From the NCBI GenBank assembly GCA_000388065.2, contig KB932206.1: a DNA stretch of 64,000 nucleotides. One strand, written 5' to 3'. A program made the translations under genes and the position numbers. Within the stretch, counting starts at the first letter, position 1; each line of letters begins with the position of its first letter. The notes below the pieces were generated by a model. That model had not been told where the DNA came from. It did not search any database and worked only from the letters and a program-made list of their open reading frames with translations. Source of the stretch: Fonticula alba ATCC 38817 (taxonomy: Eukaryota; Protista; Nucleariida). Shown here in pieces: positions 16,583-29,400 of the stretch.

Positions 16583-16995
16583 TGGCAGCCGGCGATAGGC
16601 GCGCGCCGAAGGATGGCCCGAAGCCGAGGGTCCTCTGGTGGCTGGTTGCGGCGGAAGGCGGCCGGTCGATGGAGCGGGTATGGCGGATGTGCAGGAGCTG
16701 GCCAGGGAGTGAGCGCGAATGGGGACGAAGGCAGGGGGGGGGGGGGGGGAGTGCGAGCGAGCGAGCGAGCGGCCGGGCCGAGATGCAGGGCGGGGCACAG
16801 AGAGGCAGGAGGAGGGCGCGGAAGCAACGAAGGACGTGTGCAGGGCGCAAACGCGCGATCGCGCGCCGTGGTGGAAGTGTGATGTGCATGGCAGTGTGTC
16901 AGATACTGACCCGGTCATCAACAAGGCGGCATCGATGCGTGCTGGGTCAGGGTGCTGCCTGCCTGTACGAACCGGCGAGGGTCAGTCGCAAGGGC

Positions 16996-18215
16996 TCACG
17001 ACCGGAGACAGGGCTGAGGCGGGCACCGGGGACGAAATGGGACACGGAGGGTGCAGGACCGGCAAGTGGGGAGCATCGCCAATCGGTCCGGGGGACAGGT
17101 GCTTAAGACACCGCAGTGGCTCCGCGACAGGGGCGCGGCGGAGGGGCGTTTCCAGCCAGGAAGATAGATCCGGAATACCACGCGACCAGGCACGACGCCA
17201 CGCAGGTAGTGAGGGGACTCCCTGCTGCGGAAGGGGGGGGGGGGGAGGGAGGGAGGAGGCAAGTGCACGGGCAGGTCGTTTGGCCGGGACTTTGGAAGAA
17301 TTCCACCGGGCTTGGTGACATGCGCCCGAGGTGCGGACGACAGGTATCCGGAGGCAGGCCGCCCAGCGTCAGAGCGCGAGGGTGGTGTGTGTGCGTTTGG
17401 GCACGACACAGAAGGCGAAAGGGCGCGGGGGGAAGAGGGCGAGGGAGCGGAGAGGCAATGTCTGCCGATCAGGGTCGATCGGCGGCTAGGCGCCTCTCCA
17501 CCTCTTAAAAGCGGAGCAACACTCTGCAGGCTAGCCTGCCAGAGCGACAGGGTGCGGCCAGGCTCGTATGCAGAACTCGCCCGGGGGCTGGCGCCTGGAG
17601 GTGCCTTAGCCTCGACTTTGGTCCTGGCACCTGCCCTAGCTTCGCCTCGATCGGGTCCCCACCGGGGGCTTGGGGACTCCCCGATGGCTGCGCCTCCGTG
17701 CATGCCAGCCAGGCCGGATATGCCTTCGGGCTGGAGGCCCCAAGAAGCCACCAGGCCCACCCGACCGCAGGCCGTCCCACGCGGAGGAGGAAGAAGCAGG
17801 ACCAAAGCGGGGGGGGGGGGGGGGGCCGACAGCCGGACGTCCAAACATGGAGTCCTGTGCCTTGGCATTGGAAGCTTATCGAGCCCATGCAGCGATCGGA
17901 GGACGAGCATCAGAGCATTGCTGGCAAGATACGCGATGCCACGGGTGATAGGGCAGCGCTCGGCCGAATGGGCATAGCATGGGCCCCCGGAGTCGGCGGC
18001 CCCCGGCGGTGCCCCGGAACAGCCAACACCGAAAGTCAAAAACACGGCCGGGTGCCCATGGAGAGGAGGGGGAGGGGCCGCACGAGAGGCAAGGCCACAC
18101 GTGGGACCGGCCCTCCGCGGGAGCAAGCGCGCGCGGCCAAATTCTACTTCGCGAAGCCGGACCTCCCTCTGGCTACACCGCACCCGGCATCTTGCCGATC
18201 TTGGCCCCTAGATTC

Positions 18216-18270
<55 letters not shown>

Positions 18271-19150
18271 ACGTATGCGCTGGCTATTTCTCCCGAGGAG
18301 GCACCATGCCGAAGACCAGACCAGCCAAAATGGGGTATGGGGCCGGCGGGAGGGGGATGTGGGGGGAGAGAGAGAGAGAGAGAGTGAGTGAGTGAGAGAG
18401 AGAGAGAGAGAGCGGGAAAGTACACGCGGGCCAAGGGGGCAAGGGACACAGGACACCCGTGAACCCAGCTCAAGTGCACGAAGCCATGCAGGCGAGCAGA
18501 GTGTCCTGTGGCGAGATGAAAGACAGGGGCCGGGATCGCGATGATACGGGGTTCCGGCCCCTGAACGTGAACCACCGAGGGTGGCCGTGGTCGAGGACAG
18601 GGTAGAGATGGATGGCGCGGGGCGGGGCGGGGCGGGGCAGGGGGGGGGGGGGGGGGTTGGTCCTTTGAACCCGCGAGGCCTTCGCGGAAGCCAACGAAAA
18701 GATGCCCACCCCACAATCTCAGGCCGCGGACGCCCTCGTCGCCCGCCCCGGACCGGTCGGATGGTTGGGAACATGTTCTCTCTCTCTCTTTCTTTCTCTC
18801 TCTCTCGCTCCGCCGGGGAGCCCAAGGCGCCCCGCGGGGCCGGCAATCGGCATCGATGGAGGCCGCTCGGGCCAGGATATGGCCAGGGCAGGGTCCTCTC
18901 GGGCAGTCGGCACCAGCGTCCTCTTCGAAGGGTGGCTGACCCGATAATCAACCCATCCGTGCCTTGGTGGTGGCCCGCACACCCCCGCAGGCCGCAGGCA
19001 TCCGCTCCGCCGCCCGATGGGGCGGCCCCAAGCCAGAGAGTGCCTGGCCTGCCGCCCACCCCCACCCCCGGCCCCTTGCTTGCGCCCTCGGCTCCGATGG
19101 CGAACGCTACAGCGGGCGCGTGGATGTCACCATCTGAGAGATAATCTCCT
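16996..19150 (-). CDS. Possible spliced hypothetical gene; exon structure unresolved
   Basis: Minus-strand ORFs 16996-18183 and 18208-19065 contain protein-like stretches (CPITRGIAYLASNALMLVLRSL). They are separated by a (CA)n tract ending in a TAG acceptor, like the introns of confirmed genes here. No homology recognised. Confidence 0.3.
18218..18269. repeat. (TG)26 microsatellite
   Basis: Perfect TG run, seen directly. Confidence 0.95.
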
Positions 19151-19722
19151 CGCCCGGTCGGCGGTGCTCTTCTACAAGCACATCAGCATCTGGGGCGAGG
19201 GCTAGGATGTGAGCCCTCCGTGCGCGCGCGCCACCACCAATCATTCTAATTTAGATCCCAGCGTCACACATGTGTCGCAGAGGCAGGCGTATCGGCCAAT
19301 CGCGCCTGGCACCCTGGCCATGCGTGTCCCCCCCTCCACCCGGGCGAGGTGATATCTCGGGCTCTCGGGCAGACGCCGCAGAGGAGGCAAAAATACAGAC
19401 CTGTCCGGGCCCAGGGGGGCGGTCGATCAGTTGGCATCAGTTGGGAGCTGTCCACCCCTCGTCCATCCCCTTAGCCCCCCCCCCCCCCCCACTCAAGCCT
19501 CAGATCTCTTCACCTCACCCCGCGGGTAGCAAGATCTGCCCAGAGGCCATAACCACAACAGAACTGCGACATTTGCCGCATTCCCTCCTGCGGAGGGGGT
19601 GGGAAATGCTTGGTAGATAGGTCCTCGCCGGGGTAGACTGGCACTCCCAGTGCATCTCCCAGAAATTGTGTGCAAAGGGGAGGAGAGTCGTGCTGAGAAA
19701 AGCAGCACTGTTAGGCGGGAGG

Positions 19723-19754
<32 letters not shown>

Positions 19755-19791
19755 AGAGAGAGGGAGGGAGGGACCACGCTGATGATGTTTA

Positions 19792-22700
19792 TCATAAGGA
19801 GAGTATAGAGGCATCCGCGGCCGGGATAGCTCGCCGGCGGTGGACACTCCGGGTGGCATTGAAGGTGGCTGGTCATGACTTGGTTAGTCCTGGCCTCAAG
19901 ACGAACGATGAATGGGGAAGGGGGGGGGGGCAAGCACAAGAGAGCCCAAGGGAGAACGCACAGCTCCGGGCTAAGAAGGAGGATTCCGAGAGGCTGGAGG
20001 ATCGTGTCCTGGAGGCCACCCGCCCAGGGGGCTGGCCAACGGCACCTCGCTCATCCGGCTCGGCGTCATATCCACCATCAGACTCTTCATACTCGACAGG
20101 GGGCTCCATGTCAAGGGCAGCGTCCGACAGACATGGCTGACCGGTCCACATTGTATCCTGGGCTTCGTTCACGGCATGGGCCACTGGCCCGGCCTTGGCT
20201 GGCCCGGCACTTTCCGCCCGCTGCGCGGTATCGTCAAGGCGGTGAGAAGGGGACGAGCAAAAATGGTGGCGGCAGTCGGAGGGGGCACGGGTCCAGGCGT
20301 ACCGGTGGCAGCGGCGGCGGCGGCGGCGACGGCGGCGGCAGCAACAACAACGGTACTGGGGGCGGCGGAGAGGAAGGCGCTGTAACTAGGTGGGCCGAGT
20401 CACTGCTGGAAGAGAGAGACACGGACGAGGCGGAGGGGCGCCTGGCCACGGGGAGACCATGGGAAGATGCTGGAGGGGAAGTGCCGACTCCGGCCCGGCT
20501 GGCGCCGGCCCGCAGGGCGCGGTTAAGAAGCTGCAAGGGCCCCGTACGTCGCCGGAGGGGCGCGCGCTGGCCAGGGCCAGGGACTTGGGTCGTGCGCCCG
20601 GGCGGCGGAGTGAGCGATGTTGGCCTCGAGCCGAGGTTCGGCTCCGGGTCATGGCCAGTCGCAGGGACTGATGCCGACCGTCGAAGAGGCAGCGCCTCGA
20701 GCAGGCGGTCCATGCGTGGAGGCTGCGGATTCGGCGAGGACTGTGAGAGAGGTCCGACATGGGGAGCGTTCGGACGCTGAGGAGGAGCGGTCGAGCGTTG
20801 CTGTGTGGTCGAGCGCTGGGGGGCAGCCGGATGCGGCGGCGAGGCCATGGTTTGTCCGCCGGAGAGGGAAGTGGGCGGCCGTGAGGGCCCGACAACCGGA
20901 GCCGAGGGAAGATTGCTACGTGGCCCGGGAGCCGGACGCCGAGCAGGCCCGGGCGGAGGCGGGCCCGGTGGCCGTCGCAATGGCGATGGGCGACGCTCCG
21001 GACCGGTGAACAGCACCCAGGCCAGCACCGCACCGCCAAGGATCAAGATAAACCCAGCCCATAGGAGCCCGGTCAGCAGGGTCACGGCCACCAGCCAGCT
21101 GGCCAGGGGGAAACGCATGACCAGTGCTGTGAGACCGCGCGGCCGCGCCGCGATGCGCAACTCCGACCGGTACACCAGGATGTCTGGCCGTGAAAGGCGA
21201 AGGTCCATCCGAACTGGGACCAGCTGGACCACGAGAAATGAGGATGATAATCCGGCGGGTAGAGGGAGAGAGAGAGAGAGAGAGAGACGGGGGAGGGGGG
21301 CAGGGCAGCACAGTCAGCAATGTGTCCGACACACACCCGAAAAGATGGCCACCATCGCAAATGCATATTGAAGAGACACGGGACACAGCACGAGCATACG
21401 AACCGCCGAACGTCGGCACTCGGCGAGCGCCTGCGCCGGTGTCGGAGAGAATGCCTCAAACAGGGGGACACGCAAGTTCACACGCAGGTCGGTTGGCTTG
21501 GGCAGGACCAAACGCCAGGCTACTGACACCGGCCAAAGGGGGAGGCGCAACAGGCGTCGGAGGAGCCCAGGCCCCGGTGTGAAAAAGGACGATACAGTAA
21601 ACTGCCGAGGGGGGGGGGGGGGGAGTCAAGCAACGCAATGTAAGCCACTCATCAGCAGAAGGGCGCGAGAGGGCTCAGCATGGGGATGGTTATGCGTACG
21701 GCGCGGGAGGCGGTTGCGCCGACGAGGAAGTGGCCAGCCGCCTCGGCCGGGGGCCGGCCGCCGCCACATTTGTACACGACCCGTACGCCGGCCATGACCA
21801 TGCCAATGTCACGGTTTCGCGGAGTGTCAGGCACCTCCAGATCCAAGGACACATCATATCGATTGTGTGTGCTCAGGAGCTGTCGACAGTCGTCAGTGGT
21901 GGTGCTGGTGCTGGTGGTGGTGGTGGTGGTGGTGGGATAACGAGACAGAGCGAAAGAGGAAGGGGGCGGAGGGGGATATCTTGCGCGTCTGTGCATGCGT
22001 GCCACAGCAAGAGGCAGTGGCCCATCGGAGCAAGCAGGCAACCAGGGCATGACGCACAGATCCCTGGCGAAGCGGATCCCGATCATCAATCTCGGAACGC
22101 AGAAGCCACACACGAGCAAAGGCAGCGAGAGTATCGCGTCCGGGCTGGCTCCAGAGCAGCCCGGCCAGCTGGCCATCTGACGCAGTGTCTGCCTGCCAAG
22201 TAAAGCCTCCGCGGCTTGGGGCGGGAATCGGGACTGCACCATCCACTCCACCCCCGGGGGCCATACACCGGCCGGCGGAATCCCGGAGGCCCGGACCACA
22301 AGGCACGCCGGCCAGGACCCCATCACGCACAGCGGCCCAGTCATCCCCGGGCAGGAACGGCCCCGGTGTTGGAGAGCCCCCGGACAGGGGAGCAAATTGC
22401 CAATGCACCGGAAGCGACACATGCGGCGGATCAGGCAGATAGCGCGCACGCAGTAGCAGGAAGCTGATGTTGGCCAGAAAGAAGAAAAGCCCCGACAGCA
22501 GGGTGGCCGCCAGGAGGCCCAGACCGAGGAGTAGAAGAAATCGGGCAGTGATGGCCGGGGCGCGCTGAGCCCATGGCGCCCCGGCATCTTTCAGGCGCTC
22601 ATACAAGGGACGCCGGGGGGTGTGACGCTGCAGGGCACCGGCCATGGAGGGGGCAGCGGCCCGGGCAGTCGCCACTGAGGCCGCGGCCATGGTGGCTGAT

Positions 22701-23787
22701 GCGGTCGCGGCCGGCACCGGGCCCGGAGTCGACACCGGGCGGGGCGCCTGCACCGACATCGGTGCCCGGGTTGCCATGTCCCCCGGGGTCCCTGAGGCAG
22801 CCTCGGACACCGGGGGAGCGTTCGGAGAAGCAGGCGCCCGGGGGGGAGAGCCCTCGATAGCTGGCAAGGTGGATGGAGCCCGGCCGCTTGGGGCCTCATC
22901 GAGCAGATCCTGGTCGTCAGACTGCTCGGACAGGACGTGGTAGCCAGCCAGGAAATGCGAGCCGGCCCGGTGGCCTGCACGCAGGAGGGGCCCGGTGTCT
23001 GGGTAGCCAGCTAGATCGGGCTCATCGGGGTCCGAGGTTGCCAGCAATACGAGGGGGTATTGCGCGGAGGCCGCTCGCGAGGGGGACTCCTCCCCATCCG
23101 AGGCGCTGGTGGACGTCCCGGAAGGGGTGTCACTGAGCTCGATGTCCGACACTGACGGGCGCCGGGTGATGAGTGTTGTCAGGCTAAAAACACCGGGGGT
23201 GTGGCGCCGGCGTCGGCGATCCGGGCGCCGCCCCGGAACATCGGGAACTGCTGGTGCGTGAGGAGGCGACACCGGCAGGAGGGGACCCCCTGGATCCTGT
23301 TCGGCGGTGGGCATCGGCATCGGCATCGGCACCGGCATCGGAGCCTCGACGGCGCTGAGGAAACCGCTGCTGCTCAGATCACTGGGCGACGCGACAAGCG
23401 CCGAGTCCAGATCACTGCCGGATGGGTCACTCTCGGTGCCGGTGCCGGTGCCGGTGCCGGTGTCGGTGCTGGCCTCGCCGCTGGCTGGCGTGAAGAAGGA
23501 CGAGTCATCCGACGAAGAGACCGAGTCCAGACCCACCATCACGAAGGAATCCGGCGAGCTGATGCCAGCACCCGCTGCCGCTGGCTGTGGAGAGAAGGAC
23601 GCCCCCGAATCTGGGGAGATGCCGTCGCTCAAGGAGCCGTGCAGAGCGGCCAGATCCTCCTCGACCAGTTCGCCTGCACGAAGGAAGGGCGAGTCCTCAT
23701 GCGCCGCGAGCAGGGCATCCACATAGTCGAGCTGGACCGGTTGGCGAGATGGTGAGCAGGGTTGGAGGGGGGGGATCGGAAGAGCGG

Positions 23788-23820
<33 letters not shown>

Positions 23821-23966
23821 CGGGGGGGGGGGGGGGGGAGGCCCAGGAGAGCGAGGGAGAGAAAAAAGGCAGGTCAAGGGGGTGCATGGGGAGGAGGAAG
23901 ACTTCGGACCATCTGCTCGACAGGCATCTCAGCGGTCTCGGAGACAGGGTCGCGAGCTTGGGACAT
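19792..23966 (-). CDS. BSCL2: Seipin (lipid droplet biogenesis), about 1,120 aa; exons 23966-23910, 23731-22058, 21879-21700, 21601-21404, 21223-20303, 20220-19962, 19868-19792
   Basis: TM1 FLLLLGLGLLAATLLSGLFFFL followed by RYLPDPPHVSLPVHWQF. LLSTHNRYDVSLDLEVPDTPRNRDIGMVM matches seipin YxVxLxLExPESxxNxxLGMF. ILVYRSELRIAARPRGLTALVMRFPLASWLVAV precedes TM2. All reconstructed introns are GT-AG and phase-consistent. The last two exons are less certain. Confidence 0.88.
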
Positions 23967-25425
23967 CCTGCTCGGTCTGGCACTCCGGCACCATCCGAAG
24001 GAGTGAGGGGAGCGGAGCGGAGTCGGATGAGGGGGCAGGCGTTCCGCGAGGAGGTGGCCACCAAGTCGAGGGAGAGAGCGAGAAGAGTGGGAGGAAGGGG
24101 GGGGGGCGGGAGGAGGAGGTGACGAGGGAGGATGCATCGAGGGCGGGTGGCCCGGCCACGGTCGAACCTCCCTTTGGATTGCCACCGTCTCCGGTGTCCA
24201 ACTATGCACCGACACAGGATGGGGCGGGCCCCGGAAGAGGGGCCGAGGGACACGAGAACACAAAAGAGCGCGCTGGGGCGGCTACTGCTCAGAATTGCTG
24301 CCGATCGCGATGGGCATGTGACTCGGTCAGGAGACGATTGCCCCAATCACGCATTATTTGAAGCTCCCCGGGTGGCAGGGTCAGCCTCATGGTGAGCTGT
24401 GCTTCCGGTGCCCGGATCCAGGCGCGGGCCAAAAGTTTCGGGAGATGGGGGGGGGGGGGGGAACAGGGATGTCGGCCAGGGAAAAGGGCGAGACGACCGG
24501 CACACATCAGCAAGTTGAAGGGCCGACCTAATCCTCCCTGGGAGGGGAGGAGTCCCCTATATTGGCCGGTGTGGAGGGTGGGCAATTTGCGTGTGCGCGG
24601 AAAAATATGATCCCGGGCGTGAAAATCCGGCGTTCATGGGCCACCCCGGGGGCAGAAGGGGGGTTGCCCTGTTGGAGCGGGGCCCGGACATGAACTTGCG
24701 GCCGCGGCGACACGCACACACGCACGTGCGCGCGCGCGCGGGGGGAATCCCGCGGGCCGCGTCTGTACCCGGCCCAGTCCCCCTGGACTCCGAGGGATGC
24801 GGGGGCGGGGGGTGCATGTGAGAGAAGGGCGCCGGGGGCAGGGGAGGGGCCTTTCATGTGAAAGCAGCCGTCCTGCGTCAGACCTGCGGGCGCGCCGGAA
24901 TCAACTCCCACATCCATAGGCACACACGAACAGAGGCAGGCCCTCTCCTGCCAAGGTGGCAGCCGAAGAGCACCGAGGGCGCGCTGCCCCGCTTGATCCC
25001 TGAGCGAGGGCCGGAGGAAAAGGCGGCACACGGGCAAGAGGCCACCCCACCGGGGGGGGGCGGGGGTCTATTTCTCCTTCCGATTCCGCCAGTCCTGCTC
25101 TTCCTCGGGTGTTAACACCTGCTCGGAGCAGGCCTCGAAGCAGGAGAGGGCGAGGCGGGAGGACATGGCCGCGCCCGCTCCGGGGCAGGAGACGGGCGAT
25201 CGACCAGGGCTAGGGCCCGGTCTGGTGCGGGCCTCCGCCCTGGCCCTCCCCCCCCCCCCCGCCGCCCGAGCACCGGGCTCTGGTTGGAGGCGCAGATGTG
25301 CCTCGGCTCGATCGTAAATTTGCCTAGACGCCAGCGTGCCGAAAGGAGACCCCACCTGAGGCCACTCCGGAGAAGCTCCCGGGGGAGGACCACATATGAC
25401 GCCCTCCTCCCTCGGCGCCCCGCCA

Positions 25426-25457
25426 GCCCGCCCGCCCGCCCGCCCGCCCGCCCGCCC
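25426..25457. repeat. (GCCC)8 tandem GC-box-like repeat between seipin and CPT1
   Basis: Eight perfect GCCC units. A similar degenerate array lies at about 51691-51724. Any regulatory role is unproven. Confidence 0.85.
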
Positions 25458-26456
25458 GGGGGGGTGGGGGCGGGGCGCGAGAGTGGGAAGCCGGTCGCCA
25501 GGGTGGAATGCCAGCCACGCAGCCACCCCCCGGGGGCAGGAGGGCGAGGCGGCCAGAGGGCGGGAGGAATCCATTAGATGGGCCGCGCTCGCGCACGCGC
25601 ACAGCCATCCGGGCTTCCACGAAAAGCAAAAAAGCCCGGGGCGTGGGAGGAGCAGAACGCTTGGCCCGGGCGCGAGGCGCCTTCCATGATGCCCTCGGCC
25701 TCTGCCCCCCTCCCCTGGTGAGCCGGAGGCCCTAGGCCCCGGGGCCGGTGTTGTTGTTATTGATGCGGTGGCCATTTTCACGTGGGCCGGATGCACTCGG
25801 CGGCCCCCCCCCCCGGGAGCCGAGTCGTCCGATGGTGGGCGTCCGCTAACATGTGCCTCGGCGGCGAAGGTCCAATGCACGTCCACATGCACAGGGGAAG
25901 GGGGGGGGGGGGGGGGCGGGGGCGCGCCATGGACAGCCCACTGGCTCGCCCCCCCCCCCTCCCCACGCCCCATCCCCTGGCGCACGGGGAACCACCAGGG
26001 CACGAGCCATCAATGCGGCGAGCGTGTCAGGAGAGTCCTCCACACAGGGGGGAGAGGAGACCACGGGCACCCCTGCGCTGGCCTGCCCCCGGGCATGAAG
26101 GCGGGCTGCCGATGTGTGCGTGTGCGTGTGCGTGTGCGTGTGCGAATCGTGGCCTCTTTTCGGCCACCGCTTCGGACCGCCCAGGCCCCGGTGCTGGGGG
26201 CACACCCTTTCTCCTCGAACCCCCCATTCCGAGCCCCTTTCCCCCTTGTAAGTCCTCTCTTCGCTCCCTCTTTCCCTCTGTTCCCCCTCCCCCCTCCCTC
26301 TGCCCCTGACCCTGGCCCTGTCCGCTGGACAACACTGCCACCATCTTGCCGTCTCCCCCCTCCCGCCCCCCACCCCCACCCCCACCCCACCGCACCCCGC
26401 CCTGACTTACGCCGTCTCTCCTCCACAGCCTCTCCCCCTCCGCCCTTTCCCTCACC

Positions 26457-29400
26457 ATGGCCGAAGCCCGCTCGGCCGTCTCCTACCGCGCGCAGCCGGC
26501 GAACCTCTCCTTCGAGGTCACCGACAATGAGATCGTCTTCCGTCTCAGCAAGGTGCGCCCAGGCCGCCCCCGCCCATCACCCGCTCCCTCTTGCTTTTTG
26601 GCCCCCCTCCTCACCCTGCTCTGGACTTGGTGAAAAATCCACAGAACGCCGTCCCCTCTCTGGTGACCTCGGTCACTTCGTCCGCCACCCGGCGCCTGAT
26701 CCGCGTGCGGAACATCATCTCCAATGCCCTCTACCCGTATCCCGCGTGGCAGTGGGCGGCCCTGGCCGCGGCGCCGGCGGCCCTCATGCTCACCGAGCAC
26801 GGCAGCCCGGCCTCGGCCCCGGAGGCCGTCCGGTCGGTCCTCGATGCGGCCCGGCACCATCTCGACCGCATGGAGGACTGGCTGCCGAAGGAGCTGCCCC
26901 GCGAGGTGTCTGTCGGCGCGGTGGCCCTGGCCACCGGCACCGCGGCCGTGCTGCTCATGTCCTACACCCGGAAGGCCCTTCTCCGGGCCCTGCTCCATTA
27001 CCAGGGCTGGATCTATGACACCAAGGGCACCAGCACCACCACCATGATTTGGGGCGTGCTGGTGCAGCTCCTCTCCGGGCACCACATGTTCAAGCTCCTC
27101 CGGCCCAGCGCCCTGACCTACAGCAACCAGTCGTCGCTGCCGCGCCTGCCGGTCCCGGCTCTGGCGGACACTTGCCGCCGGTACCTTGCCTCTGTCCAGC
27201 CGATCCTCTCGCCCGAGGAGTTCTCCAAGATGGAGACCCTGTGCGCGGACTTCGAGCGCCATGAGGGTCGTCGCCTGCAGCGCTACTGCGTGGCCAAGTC
27301 TTGGGTCACCCCGAACTATGTGCGCCCCCGACAGTGCCATCCATCCATCCATGACACATGCCATGCTCTCTCGCTCTCTCGCTCTCTCGCTCTCTCTCCG
27401 CCCAGAGCATTGGGTCCTCCTTTTTCCACCCTCTGCCCCGCTTCCCTGCCGCCTGCCCTCCTCGCCCTGGTGACACACAATACCCACACATGCACATGGT
27501 CTCCCGGTGGCATGCCCCTGACTCATCTCGCCCCTCCCTCTCGCCGCTGTGGGCTCGTCCCCTCCTCCCAGGTCACCGACTGGTGGGAGAAGTATGTCTA
27601 CCTGAACGGGCGCGACCCGATCGTGGTCAACTCCAACTACTATATCCTGGACCTGAAGGCCGAGCCGCCCACTCATCGCCAAGCGGCTCGCACTGCCTCC
27701 GTGGTTTGGCGCTGCCTGGATGTCAAGTACAAGCTCGATCGCGAGCAGTATGCGCCGATGGTCGTCCGTGGGACGGTCCCCATGTGCATGTGGCAGTTCG
27801 AGCGGACTTTCAGCACGACTCGCATCCCCGGCGTCGAGTGCGACACCCTGCGCACCTTCCCCGAGTCCAAGCACATCGCGGTCCTGCGCCGTGGACACTG
27901 GTACACGGTGGAGGTGCTGGACGGTGCCGGCAGCCGGCCCATCGCCCCGCGCGAGCTGGAGATCCAGTTTAACTGGATCATCGACCATGCGGACCGCCAT
28001 GCCAAGCCCCCGACCGAGGCCGAGGCTTCGATTGCCGCCCTGACCGCCGACAACCGCACCGAGTGGGCCAAGGTCCGGTCCATGTATTTCTCCTCGCACA
28101 TCAATGCCTCCTCGCTGGCCATGATCGAGAGCTCCATCTTCGTGGTGGCCCTCGAGCACGAGACCCCGACCGATTTGTCCTCCACCGCTCGGTCGCTGTT
28201 CCATGGCGATGGTCGCACCCGCTGGGCCGACAAGTCCTTCATGCTCATCACCTACCCGAATGGGCGCATGGGCCTCCATTGCGAGCATTCGTGGGCCGAT
28301 GCCCCGGTCATTGGCTTCGTGGTGGAGATGTCCCTCCAGGTTGGCGAGTACATGGAGAAGGACACCTTCTTCACCAAGGACGGGCATTGCGCCATGTACG
28401 TGCCACCCCCGCTGCCGGGCATTTTGGCGTCCTCCTTGCCTTTCTTCTCGGCCCACTTCGCTGTCCGGATTGCGCTCGCGCAATGTGGCCCCCTCTCCTC
28501 GCCAGTGCACTGACACACCTGCCGCGGCCGCCGTCGGCCCCCGGCCGCTCCCTGCCGCTTTCCTTCCTGCCTCTCGGGTCTTGCACTTTCGGATGATCCA
28601 TCGTACCCCCACAGCACCGGCCCCCTGCGCCCTCGCGCTCCGCCCACGCCGCTCATGTGGGACTTCAGCATGCGTGCCGAAGAGGCCATCATGGCCTCGT
28701 TCGCGCGTGCCCAGAACCTCGTGTCTGATGTCGAGCTGGAGGTCGTGGTTTTCAGCGACTTCGGCAAGGGCTTCATCAAGCAGTGCCGCGTGTCGCCGGA
28801 CGCCTTCCTGCAGATGGCCCTACAGCTGGCCTACTTCCGCGAGTCCCAGGGCCAGTTTGTCCTGACCTACGAGTCTTCCATGACTCGACTCTTCCTGCAT
28901 GGGCGCACGGAGACCGTCCGTCCGGTCACCCACCCCTCGGCCAACTTCGTGCGCGCCTTCTTCGACCCGGCCGTCTCCAACAAGGAGCGCATCCGCCTGC
29001 TGAGCCTGGCTGCCGACAATCACCAGAACCTCTACCGCGATGCCATGACCGGCAAGGGTGTCGATCGTCACCTGTTCGCCCTGTACGTCATGTCCAAGGG
29101 TCTGAATGTCCGGTCGCCCTTCCTGGAGGCGGCTCTCTCCATGAAGTGGAAGCTTTCCACCTCGCAGCAGCCCCAGAACCAGACTGGCATGCTGAACCTG
29201 CGCAAGTACCCCGACCTGGTGCGTGAGCCAATGTGCTGTGACACCCCCCCCCCCCCCCACTCGGCATGGCCGAGCCAAGACCCCCGAGACTGTTGGGGCA
29301 CCTTCCTGTGTCTTTTCCTTTCTTTCTTTCTCTCCCTCTTCTTTCCTCTTTCTGCTCTTCTCTCTCTCACACACACACCAAACGCGAAAAAAAAATAACC

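Noticed and set aside
19873-20184. Treating ORF 19873-20184 as a separate gene
   Set aside because: It joins seipin in phase through intron 20302-20221 (GTACGC...GCGCAG).
25068-26003. 311-aa minus-strand ORF between seipin and CPT1
   Set aside because: It runs through the (GCCC)8 repeat and G/C runs and has no domain. Kept only as a caveat to the divergent-promoter idea.
26483-28612. 709-aa minus-strand ORF antisense to CPT1, and similar long antisense ORFs over the WW, Arp3, ALT, seipin and ALDH3 genes
   Set aside because: These are shadow ORFs caused by high GC3 codon bias on the true strand. They have no domains.
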